Source of the DNA: Chara braunii | Taxonomy: Eukaryota; Plantae; Charophyceae | Assembly: GCA_003427395.1 (NCBI GenBank) | Contig: BFEA01000036.1 | Coordinates: 1,020,755-1,084,754, forward strand | Length of the DNA: 64,000 bases | Direction: 5' to 3' | In this document: positions 50,151-62,841 of the stretch, one piece after another | Layout of the letters: each line of letters begins with the position of its first letter | Position numbering within the stretch: the first letter of the stretch is position 1 | The notes under the pieces: generated by a model | Told to the model about the DNA's origin: nothing | Database searches by the model: none | Seen by the model: the letters and a program-made list of their open reading frames with translations, nothing else | Program-made: the position numbers and the translations under genes

Positions 50151-51979
50151 AGGGTCCCGCTCCGTTTCGTGTAGTGCCGGACTAATGCGCAACTACACCG
50201 CATCCGCGCGAAAGTGGGAGCCAGAGTGCTCTGTGTGTACTGTGCTAAACTGGCGCCAGCAGCATAATGGGTACTACAGCATGTTTCTAGACAACCTTAC
50301 TCACAATGGCAGCGCCGATTAACTCAATCTTCCGAGAGCGCTCATGCACCACCACTGAGACCGGGTACACGCTCTCAAGCCTTATTGCCTTCCCCCTCTC
50401 CTCACTGCAATATTGCTTTTACCGAATCTAGTCGAAAGATATAGGCAGTTCGATATATGTCCAGATCTGCCTCTTCTAATAAATGTGTTTCTCACTTGAA
50501 CCGGAATACGTTGCCCGTACTAACTTTGGAGTTACACTGTTGTCCGGATGGTAGGGGAACCATCTAACAATTGATAACTGACTTAATGAAACCCCCGTCG
50601 TCCCACAACTTAACGTGTTCACACTTAGACGTGCATTCCTCAGTCTTTGAGACAAGTATGTTGTCGGGCCTACGGCGGCAGGATCAACCAGGTAGCGGGG
50701 GCAATGTCAAATGCAAAGTGATATTGAGTCTTCCCCAAGAACAAGCAAGGGTATCTTGCACCCTCGGCGGATCAGTTATAGTCGCGATTTTGTTTTCTCG
50801 ATCATCAGGGTAAGCACTTCCCCGCCCTCCTTCACCTGTCAACAGTGTCGAGGAGTGGCGACACACTGCTACCGAGCTCATTGGAACTACAAGGGATAAG
50901 GCGAACTCGTCGTCACGAGGAGACTCTAGCAAACTGTTGCCCGATCCGAAGATCCAGGGCAAGCAATCAATTCATAATACCTCACAACCCCTTTTTTGTA
51001 CTTTAGTCGACAAAATCGGTCAACGAATGACAGAGTTACACCAGTTTCCAACCTCTTCCTCCTCTTCGTAGCCCTCCTTTTTACCTTCGCGCGCTCATTT
51101 TCTCATCTAACTTCCATTCCACTAACCCAACAACCGATCTGACCCCGCCATTCGATTCGGAATGGTCAAAACCCCCTGACCCACACTTTGGCTCGCTCGA
51201 TTCCATAGAGGATCGAGCGAGATCTTGATTCTCACTTCCGCCATAGCCCTCTACTCTATCATCTTTGTGCACGTCACTTTCTTCGTAACTCCTACCTCAC
51301 TAATCTAGAGTTGAATCGAACTAACACTACAACCCAATTCGCCCGGCCTGAAAACCTTGATTCACCATCTTCTCGTGCCTGATTCCGTTAAGGAGCGGGC
51401 AACCCTGCGTTTCCCATTCTCACCCCGTCTTCCTTCTTCACCATCTTTGTCTTCTCCGGATGCACCTGGTATCAATCCAGGTCCGGGTTCATTCGCCCTT
51501 TTCTTCACTTCCTTTCTTTCGTGATACCAACGCACCGCCCGTCGACTACAGGATTTGTGGCGACCTTCTACCCAGCAACTCTGCTATTCCACGGGAGATA
51601 TTGAAGGGAACCCGACAACTAGACAACCAATCAGGTTGTACTCGATAAAACTGTTTGTCAGCATCAACCACTTTGACGAACGGTGCGAAGGGGACTAGCT
51701 ATTGGGCGGCCCGCTCATTCCTTCGCCCCTGCGATATCATTGCGGGCGTTCACTGGCATCCTCCGGTTGCCCTTCTCTTCACCTTTTGGGTCCCCAACTG
51801 GCAATCCACACAGTCAGCCATTCACTGCGTTGAAGGTGCGGGCTTGCTACAAAGCCTGAGTGTGGGCCTAGATGGACCAGTCTCCGATGTGAACCTCTGT
51901 GGTAGTAGCAAATATTCAAATGAGAACTTTGAAGGCCGAACTGGAGGAGGGGGTTCCCCGTATTCCGCAGCCCTACCAC

Positions 51980-53115
51980 AACACCGCTGCGGTCGCCCCA
52001 CAGCGCCCCGGGCTGCTCCATCTTTCAGGTCCCAACATGCATGCTCACACACAGACCTCTCACAACAAACGGCGGGTGGCGGACCATGTGTCGGCAGCGA
52101 CCCTTGCCACCCTCGAGCTGCAGCCCCACAGGCCTGCTCGAAATGTTCTCGAACTCCCTTTCACTTTAGGATATCGACGCTCTCCAAACGGGAAGCGAGG
52201 GAAGCCACGACCACGGACCCCACGTTGACCTTTTCGGTCCATCTTTCAAGACATGCTCCAAAATACGCAGGGATCCAGACGGCTCAAAAAATTGGCCTCG
52301 CATCCAGTATTTTAAAAAGTATAAACAAACCAAAAATAAAAATAATCATAATCATAATAATAAAAACGAGCTAATAACTACGAAAAAATAAAAACAAAGC
52401 CGCAGGACGAGGGGAGAAAAATGACGCTCCTAGTACCGCCTCAGCCCCACGACTGCAAAACCATGCGGGATAGCCCAGTCGGGCCCTCAACCCCTTGGCT
52501 CCTCCTCGCCGCTCCAGTACTCCTGCACTGCCGCCTGCTGGCCTCGATTCTTGAATCTCCCGGGCGAAAATCCGATACCATAACCAGTCGTGCTAAGCTT
52601 AGTTTAGCACTAGCGGTAAACTATATAAGTGGGTACCACGCGGCGAGCGGGTCTACTAAAACGTCTCGAAGCCACACCTTGGCCTATCAACTAATCCTGA
52701 GGCCGTCAACCTTCCCCGTCCACCGCTCAGCCGCTCGTTCTCGCACACACGTACTCTTACATTCACTTCGTTCATTATGCAAACCGTACCGTCGTCGACG
52801 CCATCCTTTGCACGTACGCACATGTCACGGTCAAACACACCAATCAAGACACAAAATCTTTTTAATCCTAGTTTTAATCGGAGATTGAAAAAATTGGCCT
52901 TCAACCACGTCAACTTCACAATCATCAACCAGAAGAGAGGTCACGCGTGGCTTAAGTCTGCGCGCTCATACACTCCCTACTCTAGTCAACTATTTAATCA
53001 GCGTAAGCAACAGACACAACCGCGACTGGCACGGTGTACTCAAACTTTAAACCAAACCTATTTTCTGTCACTTGCAAAAACCAGGGTAGATACCCTTGTA
53101 AGGGTATTCGAACCG
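51980..53115 (+). repeat. Unclassified repeat with TATA-like box and decayed ORF, copy 2 (no NUMT)
   Basis: Homologous to the reverse complement of 42725-44040; CTATATAAG at about 52621. Confidence 0.75.
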
Positions 53116-55599
53116 ACAGCGGAGCGGCCCAGGGCGTTGTGCGAAAGGCCGCTGCCGCGGCTGCTCACCAGGAAACCCCTCTCCACGTCGGTCTTCAGAA
53201 GTCTTAGTTGAATAATTGTTGCTACAACCAATATCCGCACTGGGGCCCACCTTGCTAAGGCCCACGCTACAAACTCTCAACAGGGCCGCGTCCCCAACTA
53301 TGAGATCTGCTATGAGAAGTCTACGTGTGAGCTGAGCTTGCCCGATGGGGGCCTCTTAGCCTTTCGGTGGTGCTAAGTAGGCTTGCCCTACCTTAGTTCT
53401 TCAAGATATCCGCTGAAATTGGAAACGATACAGAGAAGACCGACGTAGCTCCTGCATGACCGCAAAATTCACATAGCGCGCTAAGTTTGTCTGAACCTGA
53501 CCATCATGAGGGGGATTCCGCAGTGACGCTTAGTCGTTTGGATGTGGCCAATGGAGCTCCAACGGAGGTCAACAGCGATACTGGCTTGCAAATCATTCGT
53601 TGGGCAAGGATATAGGGGCAACGGACCAATCGAACTGACTAGTAGCTGGCTCCCATCCCCCGATCGATGGACCGAATCAGGCGTGAAAAGACGGTCGGAT
53701 TCAATCATACCGAGTTATTCGCACGGGGAGAGGACGCCGAGGAGAGGGTCAGTCCGATAACAGAGCGTAGAACGTTGCTAAACTCGTAGTCGAGTTGTTG
53801 TTGGAATAAGGGTGGGGACTGCGCTAGGAAGTTGCTTCAAACGAGGAAGTGGCGTTAAACAATGACGCTGAGCTAAACAACGAAGAGGCAGACGAATGCG
53901 GAGTAAAAAAGGTGGAGGAAGTCTTCACTTGCCTGTTTCTTGACAAAACAAGGTGGAGTGAGAGGGAAAACTGGGATTTCAAGGCAGGGCGAACACGAAA
54001 CTGAAGTCACGTTGAACGGAGAGGAAGCAGAGAAGGAGGTATGAGGATTTGGACGTACGCGGAGGAGTCATGAGAGCGGTTATGGTAGGAGTGTGAAATG
54101 AAGATTTCACTTGATTCCTCATAGAATCAGGTGGAGAACAGTCTTAGTCAGAGGTTTCGAGGTGGTGTGAACCTAAAGATAACGTTAGTTCAGTCAGTAT
54201 GTTAGAGGATAGGTAGTAATAGGGCGTAGGAGTTACACCCAGGAGGGGCGGCTTCGGAGATGTGATGTATGTTCCCTCGCTCAGGCGGTAGGATTCATTT
54301 GGATCTTGTTTTTCTATTAATCGGAGTGGCGCGAGTTTAGTGGTGGGAGTAGAGACGTGCCTGTTGGCCAGCGCATATTCATCCTACGAGAAATGTACCG
54401 GTTCCAGTTTAGTGGAGGATTCATCCCTATTTTTCTTTTGCGCATCTCGGCGACATTTTTGCGGTCGTTATAAGCACCTTCGTAGTTGCGATTCCTCGTT
54501 ATTGGCAGGATCATGTTGTGTGTGTGTTCGTTGACGAACGACTGTCATTCGTAGTGAATGGGCGACCCTCTTTGGCGTGATCGCGTTTCTGATTGACAGG
54601 CGCACGTATCCGGTCAGAGTTCTGGTGGAAGATTCGTTTCGATCTTGTTCATTCCATCGTTTGGACGGTGTGAAACCGGCTATGAGATTGGGAGTTTGCC
54701 TCGTGGATGATGATTTGCTGCGCGTGTTGTAAGTGTGAGTACGACAAAAGGCAGTATGTGTGTTCACCATCAATAACAGGTTCAGTTCGATCTGCCACGT
54801 GCTATCGAAGAAACACAGTGAAAAGCAAGTCGTGACCTCAAAGGCTTATCTATGTGCTTCTTAGGCTACCGTACGAAGCAGTGAGGCATGCTTACATTGT
54901 TAGTCAGAACGCTGCAGATTTCAACGTGTCAAGTGGGAAGGTGCAAAGCAGCGGGACTGTCGACTCGTCGCTGGCTAGTGCATTGGGCGTTCGCTCGATA
55001 GAAGTAATGCAGAAGCGGGCCACAAGACCAGAAGGCTCGCCTGCCAGCTGAGGTGTTGCCCTGATTGACTAAAAGAACAACCGCTAACAAGTTGCGAGAG
55101 TATAAACCTGTTTGTGGACCGGTATGTTGGCCAAGCCCCTGAACCGAGTGGCGGAAGTTGAGTTGCAAGATCAGGATCTTGCCTGTTGGCCGATACATTG
55201 CTCATCTCACCAACTGAAGCAGCGTGAGTCCGGTTGTGAAGCTTACGTGCTAATCGAAGTGTTGCATGTTTCCTAAAACAGAGGGGAGCGAGGCAGTTGC
55301 TGACATCACGGGCCTACCTACCCGTCGTACACCGCTCACCTAGCCAGTAGTGATGGAGTAAAGTTGGCTGCGAAGTTGTAAGGACGGTTGTTGACCGGGG
55401 TCCACCGCTTGCTCCACTAAGCAAGTTGGTTGCAAATTACAACAAGGGAGAAGGGAAGAGGGTACCTACCTACTAGCAAGGTTGAAGCTGCAGTAAATCC
55501 AAGTTCGTTGAGAATGGAGAGGGTATTGTTGCGATTGAAAGAATCGTCAGAGAGTCAACAGTAGGTAGTTGGACTTCAAGTCCGTTTGACCAAGTTGTT

Positions 55600-56895
55600 G
55601 ATTGCCTAGAGGACCAGACTTTGTTTCTAAGTTTAATGGTCCAGTTGCTCTGACTTGCGAGGGCAACATGCAACTACATTTTCAGGGACTAAGTTTTTTT
55701 TTCTAAGTTGAATGGCTTGGTCGCCTTGGTTTACTTTGAGATTTTATGAGTGGGATTGGGCTTTGTTTCTAAGATTAATGACTCAGTCTTCTTATGTTTC
55801 TTTATTGTTTTTGAAAAAAAAAGTTTGAACTTTGTTCCTAAGTTGGATAGCTCGAACTTCTTTTTGTTTATTATGAGGGAATTAGGCGACGAATCGATCT
55901 TAGTTTCTAAGTTGAATGGTTTGGTCTGGAGCCACGCACATGTTAGAATCAAGGAATATTTTTACCTATACTCTACTATTATTTTACTTATGAACATGTT
56001 AGTCAAACTTTGTTTCCAAATTGAATGGTCTGACTACAGTTTATCATAATGAAGAGAGTATTAATTAAGAATATTAATTTGTGGTAAGATGGGGCAGGCT
56101 GAACTTTGTTTCTAAGTTGAATGGTTCAGTCCTCTTCTACCTTAAAAGACTAAGAGCAGAAAGTTATATATAACTTGGCTACTTTAAACAGTTCAGGGCG
56201 ACTAAGTTGAATGGTCTAGTCATATGCTCAAAAAAGAAAAAAATAGTAGTGCTCTGTGTTTTCGTATATTCAATGGCTGACCTAGTATTTGTTTCTAAGT
56301 TGAATAGTCTAGCTTTACATCTTATGTAAGCTGGGTATAAGGGATTAATCATTGAGAGGTTATGAACTATTGTCGACAAGGTCTAACATTGAAACTGGGT
56401 GAGAGTACTTACCATTGTGGTATGGACTTTCATATGGCTAAGTGGAAGTTTTGCTTAGTCTTAGTTTCAAGTTTGATAGGTAGTTGCTTTAGTCGCTCGC
56501 CACATGTTAGAGTCATAAGTGTTAGTTAAATTCCTGCATTTTATGAGTTAACTATTTTTACTTAGGTCAACTATCGCATTTTCTAGGATCATTTATTTTA
56601 CTTGGCCTTGTATAAATTTGGAAAAGTTATTTTTCTTGCCGAAAGCGCTGCTGAAATTTCGACAAAACCAAGGAGTTAGTTAAATTTTGATTTTTTTAAG
56701 TTCAACTTTTGTGTTAAGTTTATATTTGGCATAGGAAAAATATGGTAAACCTTATTTTCTATGGAAAGTGCTGCCCGAATTTTTGCTAATTCAGGGAGTT
56801 AGACAAATTTTGAATTTAGAAAGTCAGAATCATTTCATATTTTATATTTAGCTTTGTATAAATTTTGGAAAGCTACTTTCTCTACGGGAAGCGTT
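55600..56895. repeat. Array-bearing segment of an unclassified large repeat, copy B
   Basis: About 9 TTTGTTTCTAAGTTGAATGGT motifs, then units of about 122 bp; 56080-56530 aligns with 48978-49420. Confidence 0.8.
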
Positions 56896-57577
56896 ATCGG
56901 GGCAAATGCCAATACCTCGGGGATTTTAAAATGTCGAACGCTGTCCGACTCTTTCATTGAATTGAAAGACTTGATGAGACTTACGTTCGCAAAAAAATTA
57001 TTCAAACCTAACCTATGACTGAGAGACAAAAAATTTTCGAGCTTTAGTTTGGGCGCTTGTGGCGTCTGAGAGTAACGACAGCAACTGGCAGTGCTTTGTT
57101 TTTGTTGAAGTCGTAAAAGCGCGCAAATATGAGAACGCTAAAGCTATTAAGAGTTGGAGACCATCGTACGAGGGTTAAAACCACTGTGGCGCCCGAGAGA
57201 CTCAGTAGCTTGCTCTATTAAGAGTTGAAAATCGCCTCGGTTGACGCAAACGGCCAGCCAAGGGCCGGGAAAGGCGGAGTTGGGCCTGTAAAGGATATGG
57301 GCAAACAACCACTGGGTGGAAACTCCTCATAGTGAAGAGTTGCCCCTGCTCCTACCTTAGTAGGAGTTAGTTTAGTGAGTAAACGCATCAGATCACCATG
57401 CGGCAGTTGCGGAGAACGAATCCGATGGTACCCTAGTGGTGCTAGCTCCTTTTGAGGAGCGGTGTTGAGGGTCTGAACAGACATAGCACGATCAAATTTC
57501 GGCCGCACGATCTTCGAGATCGCGCGGCTGAAATTGGTCGCGTGAATCTGTAGCCCTCGCAAGGGTAGCACGCATAA

Positions 57578-57760
57578 ATTATTTTTTTATTTTTTTTATT
57601 TTTTTTTATTTTTTTAAAAGTTGAATCCATATGGATTCGAACCTAGGTCTGTCTTTCAGTGGATTCGAACCTAGGTTTGGCTTTCAGTGGATTCGAACCT
57701 AGGTCTGACTTTCAGTAGCTTGTGGCTGAGAAGCCACGAAACTGAAATAACTACTTAGCC
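57578..57760 (-). mobile_element. tRNA-derived SINE-like fragment with triplicated B-box and A-rich tail
   Basis: Minus strand has GGTTCGAATCC three times (28-bp units, 57632-57715), followed by an (A)nT-patterned tail. Confidence 0.55.
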
Positions 57761-57770
57761 CATGCAAAGG

Positions 57771-57802
<32 letters not shown>

Positions 57803-58161
57803 NNNNNNNNNNNNNNNNNNNNNNNNNNNNNNNNNNNNNNNNNNNNNNNNNNNNNNNNNNNNNNNNNNNNNNNNNNNNNNNNNNNNNNNNNNNNNNNNNN
57901 NNNNNNNNNNNNNNNNNNNNNNNNNNNNNNNNNNNNNNNNNNNNNNNNNNNNNNNNNNNNNNNNNNNNNNNNNNNNNNNNNNNNNNNNNNNNNNNNNNNN
58001 NNNNNNNNNNNNNNNNNNNNNNNNNNNNNNNNNNNNNNNNNNNNNNNNNNNNNNNNNNNNNNNNNNNNNNNNNNNNNNNNNNNNNNNNNNNNNNNNNNNN
58101 NNNNNNNNNNNNNNNNNNNNNNNNNNNNNNNNNNNNNNNNNNNNNNNNNNNNNNNNNNNNN
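57803..58161. other. Assembly gap
   Basis: Run of N. Confidence 1.
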
Positions 58162-58162
58162 N

Positions 58163-58249
<87 letters not shown>

Positions 58250-58266
58250 AAAAAAAAAAGAGAGAG
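58162..58266. repeat. (TG)n(AG)n(A)n compound microsatellite
   Basis: Visible. Confidence 0.95.
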
Positions 58267-58621
58267 CGGTCCTAGCTAGCGCAAACCCTGCTACGAAACG
58301 GGTAGCAGGACTTTGAAGCGTTCGTACCTAGCGCTGAAGGCGCCTAGGTACGGGCGCACGCATGAGAGGCACAATGAGGATTGATGGGGACTTGCAGTCC
58401 CCATGAATTATGACAGACGAGCAACTCTTTTTTTTTTAAAGGTAAGTTTTTGAGTTTTTTTGTTTTCCTTAAATTTTATTTCTTTTCTTTTATCCCCCCA
58501 AGTCGTTGGTACTAGCATTAAAGGTTGCGCCCGTTCGTTTAGCAATGGGCAACAGTCTGCTATTCAACGCCTGAATTAGGCGCTTGAGATGCGTCAGATA
58601 CAGATGCAGATAGCATGTGGG

Positions 58622-58679
58622 AGCAGGAGGGGAAGACCCTGCTGAGCTTGACTCTAGTTCGACTCTGTGAAATGACTTG
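58622..58679 (+). pseudogene. Short 28S/26S rRNA-derived fragment (start of domain V)
   Basis: GAAGACCCTGCTGAGCTTGACTCTAGTTCGACTCTGTGAAATGACTTG differs at about 3 of 48 positions from the plant LSU rRNA sequence as I recall it; flanks are not canonical rRNA. Confidence 0.8.
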
Positions 58680-61329
58680 GAGGGGCGACCGTTCATTTTG
58701 AACGGCGGGCTGCCCCTCACAGGAAAACGAGGGGGTAAAAGAAAGGAGAAAAAAAAAAAAAAAAGGAAGGGAAAAATAGGAGAACAATCACGTACGTAGC
58801 CGCAGCCGTGGTCAGGTATGTGCGTGTACGTGTAAGTGTGGGGTAACTACGCATGTTTGTTTTTTGAACAGGTTGCAGCAGTTTGGCTGGGTACAACCAT
58901 TCCTTTAAGCATGTAGCCTGGGGAAAATGTCAGATGCTTTAGAGGTTGAAAAACCTCACTTCCCCTAAGGGAACATCAAGAAATTTGACCCTTGATCATG
59001 AGTTCAGATCAAGGGTCCTGCCCAGCTCTGTTTTTTTTACTTTGGGCCAAGTAGTTGCCCATAGTCCTTCAACTAGCTATAAAAGTCAGCTTTCCACCCA
59101 GCAGCCTCACAATTGTTGCAGTGCTGTTGGGATGTTCACTTATGTGAATGTTGGCCGGCTGCTGCTGGAGGGGGGAGAGGCTGCTGGTGGAGTGGTGGTC
59201 TGGTGGGTGGACGTGTTGGAGGTCTGCAGAAGTGGACAGAGGGGAAAGGGCAGTCATACCCGAGACTGGGAGCTCACTGCCCTACCTTTGTGTTGGTGTT
59301 GTGGCCGACGGGCTGCGTCAGGGTCCGGACGGTGTGGCAAGCAGCATTCATTTTAATGGGGTTATGCTGCTGGATTGTCGACGACGACAACAATTTTGTT
59401 TTTGGGAGATGTTGTCCGATTGGCGGCACGTCGGCAACACTCTTTCTAAATAGCACTGTTGTCGGGTTTTTGCAACTCAGATGAGTCATTATTTTGGTAT
59501 GAGATCTGGCGGTCGTGCCTCACGGTAGTCGCGATACCAGTTTTAACGGCGCGGCGAGTGACAATTTCGTTTTTTTGTGGTGCGCGGCGGTTATGGTGGA
59601 TTCCAATGCGGCCTAGAGGTTGGGCTAGCACTGGTGGAAGTTTAGGATCGTGTGGCAGTGATGCATGGACCAGCGACATGAAGAGAGTGTGGAATGAGTG
59701 CACGAGGCAATAATTATTGGGTTGGCGGCACATGTGGTTTCCATATGGGGCCACCTTTATTTTTTTATGGCACGTAATACAAGTGGTTTCAGTGCCGGAG
59801 TTATCCAGTGATGTGGGCGACCATCTGGGACCATTTTGGGACTAGGTGGTACTGATTTTGAGGATGGGACATGCACATTGGTGTGACTATTGTGAGCAGA
59901 CCTGGTGATTTGAGGCGGTTGGAATGACGGTTGATTGAAACTATCCTTGGGGACGTAGTGTCTATTTGAACTGCAATTGGGACTGCATTGGGACAAGCCG
60001 GGACGTTGGGGCCGGTCTAAGTAGGGATAAGTCCAGAACATTAGGGCCACGTGAAAACTCATTCGTGGGAACACCCTCGTGGAGGGTCATCTCGCTTGAG
60101 TTTTTTTTGTGGCCCAACCTTTACTAATTGGGCACTTGGAAAAAGAGGCAGACCGTCATTCAGTGGAACGACCACAACTTGTGGAGTTGTGAGCCGCATA
60201 TTTTCAGCTTTAACAATGGTTATGCTTCAAGTTTACTTTGATTGAAATATTACTCGGTTTTCTTGAGTGAGTCGGATCTAAACTTCACTTAAGGTCAGTT
60301 GATTGACTCAGACTTCCGTTCACATCTGTATGAACCCACACTTTGCTTGACCCTGTTGTTTTGAACATTCGAAAGAAAAGGTAGAGGAAAGTTGTGCGAG
60401 TTATGCGTGGGAACGGAAGTGTCTGACTTTGAGTATGGGATTTTTGTTTGTTTTCCTAACTTGTTTGCTTCAGATTGGTGTGCAGGTAGGTAAAAAGATG
60501 TTGTAAATGACAAGTTTGATTGTGTCTACTCGGGAAGACGAAAAATATTGTCTTCTTTCTGCATTTCACCTGCTTGCATGTCAAAATATTTAAATTTTGA
60601 AGTGAATGATTTCAATAGGTACTGTAAAAATAAAGAAATTTGTGAATATAATAAAAATGAAGATACTCACACTTAGTCTTTGCCCAGGATTCACCCATTC
60701 TATCCCGAATGACTTTATCTACCTATACCTGTCCAAATCACTCATTCTCCTCGCCCGAGCACAAAACTCGAATCTCGGAAGTCAGACCGTCTCCACCGAA
60801 TCAGCAAAGTACCCCCCCGTAGAAACGGTCCACTATGGGTCGATAACAGGGTCGACTCCTAAGGGAACGAACCCCTGCCCCAGATGCTTCCCAGAGAAAG
60901 AGAATGTGTCCATTGCGAGTAGCTTTCAATTATTCTCATTTCTCTGAAGTTCAGGGTAACTTGGATGAAAGAAATCGAAAGATAAGGCAGTCGATTACTT
61001 TATCGGTTGCATCAATATTATCGTCGGTAGCCAACTCCTTGTTGGCGGTTGTTTGATTGTTTGTAAAGTTTGATCCGGGGTGGTCGGATTTTATTTTGAT
61101 TTTGTGTTATTGGATATATCTAATGATGGTTTTTATTCTTTCAGTTATCATTTCATATTTGATATATGTTTCTGTCGACTACAGTCGATTCCTTATGATG
61201 TAAATGTATGTGGGTGTTATAACTTTCTTTTGACTGGTGTCTAATGGGATTAGGATTAAAATTTGGGTTTCACACTTGGTTGAGACCGTCCAAATCGACC
61301 GGCGTACGTTTCGCACTTAGGAGATCTGC

Positions 61330-61610
61330 GCTCTAAGAAATGGACGACACTCATGTCCGCTTGGTGTTAATCAAGCGTGTTTATACTACAGCGGACGAAC
61401 AAACGCCCTCGACTGATCTACCTCTGCAATTGAATTTAAAAACTTTCGCACGTGGGTCAGTAGCTCGGTAGAAATACGCCGCTAAGGGTAGTGACAACCC
61501 CTTAGGGAAGGCAAGTGGTGCCCAGCGAAAACCTATCCTGTCGTAGGGGACCGCGGGAAGTACAGCTGGTGCACCCGGGTAGAGCGACGAAGGGACGACA
61601 CGACCACGAC
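61330..61610 (-). repeat. Family X, diverged copy 3
   Basis: AAACGCCCTCG, CTTTCGCACGTGG, GTGACAACCCCTT and CCTATCCTGTCGTAGGGG match copies 1 and 4 in reverse. Confidence 0.75.
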
Positions 61611-61739
61611 CGTCTCGGCGGCTAGCGGATTATTTATGCGTCGTTCCCAAGTTGTCTCTGATTTTTGTTTCGTTTAACTCTTGCGTGACATGGTCGGGAG
61701 AGTTCCCACCTTTGCAAAAAAAGAGGGAGATGATGCGCT

Positions 61740-62095
61740 CGACAGCGCTGCCGAAATTTCTACAAATGTAAGCAGTTAGTTAAATTTTGTCTTGGTTGGA
61801 ACTTAAGGTTTACTTCGAGTCTTTATATGACTTAGTATAAATCCGAGAAGTTCACTTCTCTAAAGGAGATGCTGCTCAAATTTTACTAATTCAGGGAGTT
61901 CGATAAAATTTGACTTTTTAGTGTTAAGGGTCATTTCAGTTTCCATATTCGAGCAAATATAAATTATGAAAATATTTTTTTTTCTACGAGAAGCGCTGCC
62001 AAATTTTTTTTATTTTAGAGAAGTTCGATTGTATTCTGGTAAGAAAGCCTATAGCAATCCTCCCTAAGAAGGAAAAATGCTGCCAAAAATTTTAC
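61740..62095. repeat. Array of about 122-bp units, copy C
   Basis: AGCGCTGCCGAAATTTCTACAA and GCTGCTCAAATTTTACTAATTCAGGGAGTT units, as in copies A and B. Confidence 0.8.
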
Positions 62096-62569
62096 TTTCC
62101 TTTGACACTTGATTAGAGGTAGACTTACACTTAATTATGATAAGATTTTTAGTGAGAATGTGATATGAGATTTTCATTCTTTATATACTTATAGTTTAGC
62201 CTTGGAAGGTCTGTCCTATATAACAGGTCCGCGTTGAATATTTTGACTCAAGATTGAACTAGTTTAAGCTTGATCCCATGAGGATCGTCTTCTGTTATCA
62301 CTGATAAGAGGTCGGTTATCGATTCATCGGCTTACGATTCAACTGCAATTCACCCTCGCTACTCAACCTAAAGACTTTAACCCTGTAGCTTGAATTATCT
62401 CGTTCGGTTTTTACCCGGACTTTATTGAATCACTATTTAACAAAGATACTGAGTATTCGCAGCCCTTAGGCTGCGGTATAGTGGGCTTCGGCGTCTGTGT
62501 CAAGGTGTAGCATTTTTGGCGGCGGGCGACCAGGACGCAAGTGGGTTTTTCGGGGGCAAAAAAAATTGG

Positions 62570-62735
62570 GGGACCGGTCCTTGGCAAAATTGCGGACTAC
62601 CTACAGCTAGCTCTGGTAGAACCGGGACTTTTGGAAAAACGAAGGACCGGTCCTCGGGTGTAAGTGGACCCCAAAAAGAAGTGGGGGCATTGGACCGGTC
62701 CTCGGGTAGAAGCGGACCCCAAAAAGAAGTGAGGG
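62570..62735. repeat. Short tandem repeats with a GGACCGGTCC palindrome
   Basis: GGACCGGTCCT three times; GGACCCCAAAAAGAAGTG twice. Confidence 0.75.
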
Positions 62736-62841
62736 CATGTGATCTGCAAAAGGGCCCTCAGGCCCAGGCGTTGAGCCCCGTTTTCTTAAAACAGGGAGGT
62801 CAAGCACAACGAAACAGGCGTTTTGAAAGAGGCAACTTTGA

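Noticed and set aside
58267-58720. Functional rRNA gene or group I intron
   Set aside because: Only about 50 nt match LSU rRNA well; no group I P/Q/R/S core elements seen
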